From a bacterium (GTDB lineage Bacteria > Zhuqueibacterota > Zhuqueibacteria > Residuimicrobiales > Krinioviventaceae), in assembly GCA_963674595.2 (NCBI GenBank), contig CAXXFV010000016.1, positions 352,001 to 416,000 on the forward strand: 64,000 bases of DNA. The letters run 5' to 3'. The notes beneath the pieces are model-generated. The model was not told where the DNA came from. It worked only from the letters and a program-made list of their open reading frames with translations, and did not search any database. Shown one piece after another: positions 40,251-47,863 of the stretch (positions are counted from its first letter, which is position 1; the number at the start of each line of letters is the position of its first letter). The translations under genes were made by a program, and so were the position numbers.

Positions 40251-40670
40251 ATGATGCAAGAAGGTAATACGCCCGAAAGAAGAAAAGCAATTCTTGTTGG
40301 TACAATTGATTATCGTATCATTGAAGACTTGAACCGAAGGTTGAATCGAGATGATTTTGATGTTCGGTTTGTCCAAAAAGGTGTTCATTTGTTAACAGAA
40401 ATTTTGGACAATGATATTGATCTGCTTATCCTGGATTTGGATTTAGCTGGGGTTATGGGAGTGGAAATGTTGCCGGTTATTAGGCGGCTGCGTCCACGAT
40501 TGCCCGTTATTTTATTGTCAGATGATTTTACAAGTAAAATCAGACAAACGGCTGCTGAACTGGGAATAACCTATCAGGCCTTCAAATCAGTCAATTCAAC
40601 TGATACAGACGAAATTGTTTCAGCAACAGAAAAGATTATCGAGAAAAGAACTCTTGCTCAGGTCCATTAG
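40251..40670 (+). CDS. single-domain response regulator (atypical receiver)
   Basis: DLLILDLDLAGVMGVEML...LPVILLS...FK; acidic pocket degenerate (ILVGTID). Confidence 0.85.
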   Translation: MMQEGNTPERRKAILVGTIDYRIIEDLNRRLNRDDFDVRFVQKGVHLLTEILDNDIDLLILDLDLAGVMGVEMLPVIRRLRPRLPVILLSDDFTSKIRQTAAELGITYQAFKSVNSTDTDEIVSATEKIIEKRTLAQVH

Positions 40671-40680
40671 ATATAGTTTT

Positions 40681-40781
40681 AAAAAGACAAAGCTACCAGC
40701 CGACTCGCCCAAGTCATCAAAACTGGTAGCTTTTGGGCCACGCAAGAAGAATACAGTGCAAGCCTTTTTCTCTTTTGCGGC
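40681..40781 (-). ncRNA. putative ~100-nt two-hairpin antisense sRNA
   Basis: perfect upstream sigma-70 promoter; hairpin 1 GCCGCAAAAGAGAA/UUCUUCUUGCGUGGC; hairpin 2 with 11-bp stem and GACU-UGGGCG-AGUC top; U-rich end. Confidence 0.65.
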
Positions 40782-40787
40782 ATTAAA

Positions 40788-40816
40788 AATATAGTTATTT
40801 ATAAACAATTTGTCAA
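40788..40816 (-). promoter_or_regulatory. sigma-70 promoter for the antisense sRNA
   Basis: TTGACA-N17-TATATT with no credible CDS downstream on that strand. Confidence 0.7.
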
Positions 40817-41151
40817 CTTAAAACAACAAATTGTTTGTTAATACAACATGGGCATTTTAACGACCTCCTGAATACTGGAAGTTTTGTTCAAGCTTTCCTG
40901 GTTTTTTCTCCCCATCAATAAATTTTTATCAACCCTATATAACTTTGTGAATTTGGTAATTAGCGGAATGAGCTGAATCGACGCTTTTTACACAATAGTA
41001 ATTGGTGGAAAAGTGTGGCATTTGTGTCCATTGTGTGGGACGTGGTAAATTTCTTTATTTACAGTAGCTTAGGTATTTGTTGTTTCTTCTGATATACATT
41101 TGTTAATGAATTTTTTGTAATTGTTTCAAATTTGGGGCATAAGATGGAAAT

Positions 41152-41183
41152 AAAAAAATTATTTACTAAAAAAATTATTTACT
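41152..41183. repeat. exact 16-bp tandem duplication AAAAAAATTATTTACT x2
   Basis: read directly from sequence. Confidence 0.85.
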
Positions 41184-41274
41184 AAAAATTTGTAATTAAA
41201 AAACAATAGTTTACGAGCTGTTGAAACGGACTGAAATTGTCGGTTTTGTGTTTTATAACAAAAAATTGAAATTT

Positions 41275-41290
41275 TGGCACAAACTCTGCT
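41275..41290 (+). promoter_or_regulatory. sigma-54 promoter of EPS operon 2
   Basis: TGGCAC-AAACT-CTGCT. Confidence 0.75.
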
Positions 41291-41300
41291 AAATAGTAGG

Positions 41301-41595
41301 CAGTAAGAGATGATAATGTGATAAAGCTGACTCGCCCAAGTCTTCAGGTTTTATCACATTTGGGTCATGTAAGAAGAATAATTGTTAGGCGGTTATAGTT
41401 TACCTCGAAAATATGCTTACCATTTATTCCTCTTTACTAATCAAATTGTAATCAATCGGTAACCCAAAAACTTTGTTTAGCGGGTTCCCTCACGCGCCTG
41501 TCAAAATCAGTGAAATAAACAGGCATAAATTAACTCGTAGCACTCTTGTGCCGGGTGGAGGATGATGAATAGTGAGGAAAGAGAGAGGATTTAAA
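41301..41595 (+). promoter_or_regulatory. ~295-nt structured 5' leader containing the second copy of the RNA motif
   Basis: AATGTGATAAA/TTTATCACATT stem, GACTCGCCCAAGTC, TGGGTCATGTAAGAAGAATA and further hairpins. Confidence 0.65.
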
Positions 41596-42873
41596 ATGAA
41601 ATTTAAACTTAATTTAGCATCAAAGATACCTGCATTGATACTTGGCTTGTGCAACAATGTTAAAAGCTATCTTTTCATTTTTTTGGTTTTAAGCATAACC
41701 TCTCAGAATGTTTATTCTGGTGCCATTAAGGCAAATTGGGATGCCAATACAGAACCAGATCTAAAAGGTTATAAGCTCTATTATGGTACAGTTCCTTCAG
41801 ATTATTTGAATTGGGAAAGTGTAGACGTTGGTAATGTAAACAGTTATCTTGTTGGGAATTTGGACGAAAATGTAACTTATTATTTTGTTGTAACGGCTTA
41901 TGATTCTTCTGGAAATGAAAGTGCTCCCTCTGATGAAGTAAGTGCTCTGGTCACAGGACCGCAAGCCACTGCATCTGTGAGTGGAGATAGTATTATTGTA
42001 AGATGGACTTTTATTTTAGATGCAGACAGTTATGAAATTTTTCAGGGAACAGAACCTTTCTTTACACCGGGAACACCTGTTGCAACTATAACAGAAAACA
42101 GTTGGATTGATACTTCTTTCCCGCAGGTACCTGACACGGCTGCTTATTATATTGTTAAAGCTATGTCGGGTGGTTCAGTATCTCATACATTTAATACAAT
42201 CGGCGCTTATAACGTTCCCATTAAATATGGTAATAACCTTGTTTCGTTACCATTTGCACAGACAGATTCATCTTTGTGTGGTGTATTGGGAACACAGTTA
42301 CATGGAGCTACAAACGCCGTTCAGGCTGATAAAGTTTATATACGTGAAAATGATGCTTATTCGCAAGCATGGTTGGTTGAAGGAACAACCAGTCCTCTTG
42401 AAGGGAAATGGGTAACACCGGCTGGTGATGGTGAATCCACACTTAAAATTAATCCATCAGAATCATTTTGGATCATTAGTCGCTCAATAGAAGGGGACTC
42501 TCTATTTACAATGACCGGAACAGTAAATCCTGATTCTAATCGTGCTGTTTCACTTGTGCCCGGACCGAATTTTGTCTCTGTCCCTTATCCTGTAGAAGTC
42601 TCTTTAACCCAGGGCGGGCTTAATGAAGAAGGTGTGATCGAAGGTAGTTATTACCTGGCCGGATCTGATAAAGTTATGATGTGGACTGGAAGTAAATATG
42701 AAATTGCCTGGTTGGTTGACGGCACAAATACATCATGGGATGGAAAGTGGGTCAATGAAAGAGGCGACAGCGAAACCACAATGACTTTAAAACCAGGAAG
42801 AGGCTATATCATTTGGATTAAAAACGAAGGCCCTGCCAGAACCTGGAAGTTTCCAAATCCAAAGTATAATTGA
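41596..42873 (+). CDS. secreted protein with N-terminal Fn3 domain and tandem C-terminal repeat domains
   Basis: WDANTEPDLKGYKLYYG...YYFVVTAYDSSGNES; ATG 41596 after GAGGA (track starts at 41572). Confidence 0.8.
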   Translation: MKFKLNLASKIPALILGLCNNVKSYLFIFLVLSITSQNVYSGAIKANWDANTEPDLKGYKLYYGTVPSDYLNWESVDVGNVNSYLVGNLDENVTYYFVVTAYDSSGNESAPSDEVSALVTGPQATASVSGDSIIVRWTFILDADSYEIFQGTEPFFTPGTPVATITENSWIDTSFPQVPDTAAYYIVKAMSGGSVSHTFNTIGAYNVPIKYGNNLVSLPFAQTDSSLCGVLGTQLHGATNAVQADKVYIRENDAYSQAWLVEGTTSPLEGKWVTPAGDGESTLKINPSESFWIISRSIEGDSLFTMTGTVNPDSNRAVSLVPGPNFVSVPYPVEVSLTQGGLNEEGVIEGSYYLAGSDKVMMWTGSKYEIAWLVDGTNTSWDGKWVNERGDSETTMTLKPGRGYIIWIKNEGPARTWKFPNPKYN

Positions 42874-42906
42874 TAATTTAAGATTTTTTTTATAAAGGAG
42901 AATTCG

Positions 42907-43977
42907 ATGAGACATCAGTCATATTTTACTATAACCCTTTGGGTTGCCGTGCTTGCACTATTATTTGGTACGGCTTTGTTTGCAGGGCAAATTGATGCTT
43001 ATTCATTGACCGGAATTTATGACGTTGACGGAATAACCTATTTACAGGGTAATACCACATCCGGTGACCTGGTACAGTTGATCCTTGCAGGCGGAAATGG
43101 ACAGATTGATGAACCGGATACGCTGGGTAATGTAACAGGCGATGATGTGCTTTTAGGCACTTCTCATATCGGTTATGGGTTTCCATTTAATCCTAACGAA
43201 GGCAAATTTTCAACTACATTTACTAATGACCTGTTGGTTTCCGGAGCTGTTGTATACGTTCGTGCCTGGAATGTTGCTGCTGTTACAAGTTCAAATGATG
43301 CCTATGGTGATTCGGAACTGTATACTTTGAACAGTGATTTTGAAGAAAATGATTTCGGTACCTGGAGCTGTGTTGATCTTAACAGCACACCTGTTGAAAT
43401 GACCTCCTTTAAAGTCTCTACAAAATCCGGAGTAACCGTCCTTGAATGGACAACTCAAACAGAGACCGATAATTTGGGTTTTTATGTTTATCGTTCAAAA
43501 TACAAAACCGGTAAACGTGAACGTTTAAACAGTAAAATTATTCCTGGCGCAATTAATTCCGAAGTTCGTCATGATTATGAATTTGCAGATCGTAAAATAG
43601 AATCTCAAACTGAATATTATTATTGGATTGCTGATATATCTGTTAATGGAAGCGCCATTTTTCATGGTCCCCAGAAAATTGTAACAGCCGCCAAACCGGA
43701 TCAATACAAGCTTGATCAAAATTTCCCAAATCCTTTTAACCCGACAACAACCATTCAATATGCACTTAAAGATGATGGTTTTGTAAGTCTTCAGATTTTT
43801 AATATCCGCGGTCAGCTTGTTCGCAATTTAGTAAATTCAAATCAGTTCTCTGGTGAACATGCCATCATGTGGGATGGTATGTCGGATAACGGAATGCATG
43901 TGGCCTCCGGCATTTACTTTTTCCGAATTAAAGTAAATGACTATGTTGAAACACGAAAAATGTCTTTAATGAAATAG
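42907..43977 (+). CDS. secreted protein with FlgD-Ig/T9SS type A-like C-terminal domain
   Basis: signal peptide, TPVEMTSF, LDQNFPNPFNPTTTIQY...IFNIRGQLVR...WDG...SGIYF...KMSLMK. Confidence 0.88.
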   Translation: MRHQSYFTITLWVAVLALLFGTALFAGQIDAYSLTGIYDVDGITYLQGNTTSGDLVQLILAGGNGQIDEPDTLGNVTGDDVLLGTSHIGYGFPFNPNEGKFSTTFTNDLLVSGAVVYVRAWNVAAVTSSNDAYGDSELYTLNSDFEENDFGTWSCVDLNSTPVEMTSFKVSTKSGVTVLEWTTQTETDNLGFYVYRSKYKTGKRERLNSKIIPGAINSEVRHDYEFADRKIESQTEYYYWIADISVNGSAIFHGPQKIVTAAKPDQYKLDQNFPNPFNPTTTIQYALKDDGFVSLQIFNIRGQLVRNLVNSNQFSGEHAIMWDGMSDNGMHVASGIYFFRIKVNDYVETRKMSLMK

Positions 43978-43986
43978 TAATTCAAG

Positions 43987-44014
43987 TAGGAAGAGAACAT
44001 TGCTTCTCTTCCTA
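43987..44014 (+). terminator. hairpin after the CTD gene (weak terminator or stabiliser)
   Basis: TAGGAAGAGAA-CATTGC-TTCTCTTCCTA; no U-tract. Confidence 0.5.
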
Positions 44015-44175
44015 AGGAATTTGAATAATGATATTGATGAAAATATAATAGACGAGAAATAATAGAGAGCACTTTTTTTATGCCTACTTTACTAAAAAAA
44101 ATTTTTTTTACTAACGATTATCAATATCACAGTTGTCAAAGATCATGTGTGTTGGGTAAAGGTGTGAGGGTAAAC

Positions 44176-44925
44176 ATGAAAACAAAGAGTATAAGATGGA
44201 TAAATTTGATTTTAACAACATCAATGATTTTATCCATGTCGTGTGCTATGCAAACTCGAAAGAGCAGCAGGCAAACAGCTAAAACAAAAGTAAATGCATC
44301 TCAGCCCGTTCAACAAAATTTTTCTAATAAAAAATTAGAGTATACTTTTGGATATGGGGATCAGATAGAAGTTAAATTTTTTAACAATTCGGATTATAAT
44401 GAAACTGTTAATGTTCGTCCGGATGGACGTATCTCTTTGCAGCGAGTTGGTGATATTCCTGTTGTTGGAATGACACCACGTCAATTAGATGACATTGTTA
44501 CTAAAATTTATAGTGAAATTCTTATTGACCCGGATGTAACAGTCCTCGTGCGTGAGTTCGGTGGTCAGGATGTTTATGTAATGGGTGAAGTGGACAAACC
44601 TGGTAAATATCCTGTCACAAAAGGGATGACACTGCTGCGTGCAATAGCGACAGCCGGTGGCCCCAAGAATACTGCAAAGTTAAACAGCATTGTTTTGATG
44701 CGAGGCGGTCCTGATCAGGCAACACAAGCGACACGCGTTAATTTGGAAATGTCTGCTATAAAAGAAAAACCATCTATTGATATTCCGGTTAATGCCTATG
44801 ACGTTATTTATGTCCCGCGTACATTTATCGCTGATGTCAACAAGTTTGTTGGTCAGGTGTATGATTTTGTGTTACCTCCATTTGATGTATGGTCCCGATA
44901 TACAATATATTCGGGTCGAAATTAG
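44176..44925 (+). CDS. wza: polysaccharide export lipoprotein (Wza-like)
   Basis: SMSC lipobox, Y.FG.GDQIEV, VRPDGRISL, VYVMGEVDKPG, DVIYVPR. Confidence 0.92.
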   Translation: MKTKSIRWINLILTTSMILSMSCAMQTRKSSRQTAKTKVNASQPVQQNFSNKKLEYTFGYGDQIEVKFFNNSDYNETVNVRPDGRISLQRVGDIPVVGMTPRQLDDIVTKIYSEILIDPDVTVLVREFGGQDVYVMGEVDKPGKYPVTKGMTLLRAIATAGGPKNTAKLNSIVLMRGGPDQATQATRVNLEMSAIKEKPSIDIPVNAYDVIYVPRTFIADVNKFVGQVYDFVLPPFDVWSRYTIYSGRN

Positions 44926-44969
44926 GTAACCAAGGTGTGGTTGAGCTGAAAAGCAATTAGGAGTTTATT

Positions 44970-46481
44970 ATGATAGAATATAGTCATTACGACAGTCCAA
45001 TGTCACCACATAGCTTTTTAAGCATTGTTCATAAACGGCGCATGTTGATTTTGACTTTATTTGTGCTGGTTGTCGGTGCGGCAACGGCTGCAGCATTTTT
45101 GCTGACTCCCGTTTATGAATCATCTGCAAAGGTGATGGTAAACTATCCGTATGATAATGAAAAAGCCCATTTATTGGGTTTAAACAATTCATCAAGTCGG
45201 CCGGAATATGATCGTTTGGCATCTGAGCTTGTTATTTTTAAAATGCGAAGTGTTTTGGAACCAGTCGTAAATAAATTAGCACTGGACCAACCTGTTGAAG
45301 GTGAACCGGTAACAACACCACAAGAAGCGGCACGTTTGCATGACGAAACGATTGCACGGGTGGCAAAAAAATTAAATGTAGAGCGTGAAAAAAATACAAA
45401 TATTTTAAACATAAGTTATCTGGATCCTGATCCACGATTAGCTGCCAATATCGTTGACAAAGTTGTTACGGAATATATTGAACAAAGACCCGCTTTAGAC
45501 CGTGACGATCGTGCCTACCAGTTTTTTGATGAACAAATTAATGAAATCAAAAGCCGAATTGATGACATGGAACGGAAACAAATGCACTACAAACGTCAGG
45601 AGCACGTGTTGTTGCCTGACCAACAGTCTCAAATTTTGTTTTCATCCTTGTCTGATTTTGACAGCGAATTAACCCAGGTTAGATCAAAACGTATTTCAAA
45701 AGAAGCCAAACTGAAAATTATCCGGGAACAAATTGCTTCCGGCAAAGACATTGCTATACCAACAACCGAAACAAGTGAAAGTACAAGCCGACACGAATAT
45801 TTGAATGAATTGAAAAAAACACTGTTAAAGCTTGAACTGAGAAAGGCAACTTTGGAGAAAAAATATACGGCAAAGCACCCGGATTTGGTCAATGTTGTGT
45901 CTGATATTCGTGAAACAAAACAAAGTTTGGAAAAAGAGGTCAATGAAATTATCCAGGCTGAAGAAGCCAGTATAAAAGCATTAATGGCCCAGGAACAAGC
46001 ACTTGTCGGAAGTATGAATCAGGTTGTTAATTCCGTTAAACATCTTTCTCAGCAAGAATACGAATTAGGCAAGTTGAGTATTGGAATTGACGATATGCGG
46101 ATGGTTTATTCAATGTTGTTACGTCAACGTGAAGAAGCAAGAATTTCCGCAAGTAAAAAAGAATATTTGGTTCAGGTCCGCTTGCTGGAACCCGCTCTTG
46201 TGCCGTATGCACCGGCAAAACCTAATAAACCTTTGTTTATTACATTGGGCTTTGTTCTTGGAATATTCGTTTCTTTTGGATTCGCGTTTTTCCTGGAATA
46301 TTTTGACCATTCTGTAAATACTGTTGAAGATGCTCATCACTGTCTTGGCCTTCCGATTTTGGCTGCCATACCGGATTTTCGTACAACAAATGGAAATGGT
46401 CATCAGCTTGAATCAAAGCACAACGGACAATATACCATTGATGAGAAAGTAATTTCTAAAGTAAAATTTGAAGAAGAATAG
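44970..46481 (+). CDS. polysaccharide chain-length determinant (GumC/Wzz-type, no fused kinase)
   Basis: TM...PVYESSAKV, coiled coils, YTAKHPD, P..PAKPN-TM-EYFDHS. Confidence 0.9.
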   Translation: MIEYSHYDSPMSPHSFLSIVHKRRMLILTLFVLVVGAATAAAFLLTPVYESSAKVMVNYPYDNEKAHLLGLNNSSSRPEYDRLASELVIFKMRSVLEPVVNKLALDQPVEGEPVTTPQEAARLHDETIARVAKKLNVEREKNTNILNISYLDPDPRLAANIVDKVVTEYIEQRPALDRDDRAYQFFDEQINEIKSRIDDMERKQMHYKRQEHVLLPDQQSQILFSSLSDFDSELTQVRSKRISKEAKLKIIREQIASGKDIAIPTTETSESTSRHEYLNELKKTLLKLELRKATLEKKYTAKHPDLVNVVSDIRETKQSLEKEVNEIIQAEEASIKALMAQEQALVGSMNQVVNSVKHLSQQEYELGKLSIGIDDMRMVYSMLLRQREEARISASKKEYLVQVRLLEPALVPYAPAKPNKPLFITLGFVLGIFVSFGFAFFLEYFDHSVNTVEDAHHCLGLPILAAIPDFRTTNGNGHQLESKHNGQYTIDEKVISKVKFEEE

Positions 46482-46529
46482 AATTATGCAATATAGAAAG
46501 TTAATAACTCTTTTTAAGGAGGCAACCAA

Positions 46530-46751
46530 ATGAAAAATTTACTCAAAGTCAAAAGATGGGAAGCCGGACTGAAACAGTACGAATTGGCTTTTTTACTGGG
46601 CTGCAGTTCAACCTATCTTTCTCTGGTTGAGAACGGCAGAATTGAAGCAACGACTGAATTTAAGAAAAAAGCTGCTGAAATTTTTAACATTGACGTAGAA
46701 GAACTGTTTGCTGAAAAACATTATGAAGCAAAAGCATTGGTAGTTGACTGA
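46530..46751 (+). CDS. XRE-family HTH transcriptional regulator
   Basis: LKQYELAFLLGCSSTYLSLVENG...AEIFNIDVEELF; AAGGAGG SD. Confidence 0.9.
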   Translation: MKNLLKVKRWEAGLKQYELAFLLGCSSTYLSLVENGRIEATTEFKKKAAEIFNIDVEELFAEKHYEAKALVVD

Positions 46752-46808
46752 TAAGCCATGCGGAATTATCACGTTAATAAAATTAATTTTGAACTTTGTG
46801 AGGCCAAC

Positions 46809-47813
46809 ATGTACTTGAAACATTTTAAACTTAATGAAGAACCCTTTGGTTCAACACACGATCCCAGGTTTCTTTATAGAAGCGACATTCATCAGGACGC
46901 GTTGGATCGCTTGGTTACATCGGTTTCAATGATGCGCGGAATTAATGCCATCATCGGTGAGCCTGGTTTGGGGAAAAGCCTTTTGATTCGTACCCTGGTA
47001 AGCGGTCTTAACAAATCAGTGAATTTTGCGTGGGTTTTTAACACAACCTTAAATTCTCGTGAATTGATTAAGTATATTTGTCGCGATTTTGGATTCACCC
47101 CTAAAGGTGATGACTTGAGCGATTTGTTACTGGAACTGTACTCATTTTTGATTAAAGAATATGAAGCTGGAAAGACAAATGTTTTAATCGTTGATGAGGC
47201 CCAGAATTTAAAGCCGTCTGTTTTAGAAGAAATTCGGCAGTTGTCAAACATTGAAACAACGAAAAGAAAATTATTACAGGTCATTTTGTCCGGTCAACCG
47301 CAGTTGGATGTACATCTTGACCACCCGGCACTGCACCAACTAAAACAACGAATTACTTTTAAAGCAATTTTAAAACGACTGAAATTGCAGGATACCAAAC
47401 AATATATTTTACATCGGTTACAGGTTGCTGGTGCAAAACGTAATGATATTTTTACGGAAAAAGCAATGGAAGCCGTTTATAAAATATCAGACGGTGTGCC
47501 ACGGTTAATCAATCAGATTTGTGATAATGCGTTGATGGTAGCTGCTAAACGGAAAATGAAACAGATTGATTCCGTGCTTGTCATTGAACTTGTGGAGAAA
47601 AGTATCGTAACACCTGCAAGTTTAACTCCGGATTTGTCAAAATTGGCACAATACCAGGCACAGAAAAAAATTGTTTTGCGTAAAAAAACGTTTATAAAAA
47701 AATCTGCCAACCCTGTAATGCAGAATAAACCCAAGGCTTTTGAAGATATATCCCTCAAAGATTCGCTGGAAAGTTTTTCAGCTCTGAATCTTGGAGAGTT
47801 GGCAATTAATTAA
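46809..47813 (+). CDS. ExeA/GspA-like AAA ATPase (type seen in PEP-CTERM/EPS loci)
   Basis: MYLKHFKLNEEPF, GEPGLGKS, IVDEAQNL, LSGQPQL, GVPRLINQICDNAL. Confidence 0.9.
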   Translation: MYLKHFKLNEEPFGSTHDPRFLYRSDIHQDALDRLVTSVSMMRGINAIIGEPGLGKSLLIRTLVSGLNKSVNFAWVFNTTLNSRELIKYICRDFGFTPKGDDLSDLLLELYSFLIKEYEAGKTNVLIVDEAQNLKPSVLEEIRQLSNIETTKRKLLQVILSGQPQLDVHLDHPALHQLKQRITFKAILKRLKLQDTKQYILHRLQVAGAKRNDIFTEKAMEAVYKISDGVPRLINQICDNALMVAAKRKMKQIDSVLVIELVEKSIVTPASLTPDLSKLAQYQAQKKIVLRKKTFIKKSANPVMQNKPKAFEDISLKDSLESFSALNLGELAIN

Positions 47814-47863
47814 TAAAGCATCGCCTGAGAATCAATTTGATTCTTTTTGAATGAGGTAAGAAA

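Noticed and set aside
40620-40808. 62-aa minus-strand ORF over the sRNA (possible type I toxin)
   Set aside because: Starts at a TTG inside the promoter spacer, upstream of the predicted TSS; no SD and no hydrophobic helix
40689-41380. Repeat pair as CRISPR, known riboswitch or IS ends
   Set aside because: Only two direct copies 627 nt apart, no cas or transposase genes, and no riboswitch consensus I recognise (c-di-GMP, ZTP, preQ1)
41388-41399. GGCGGTTATAGT as an RfaH ops element
   Set aside because: Only partly matches GGCGGTAGnnTG, and there is no NusG paralog in the window
46809-47813. ExeA ATPase plus XRE as a transposon or T2SS
   Set aside because: No transposase, integrase or gsp genes; context is polysaccharide export
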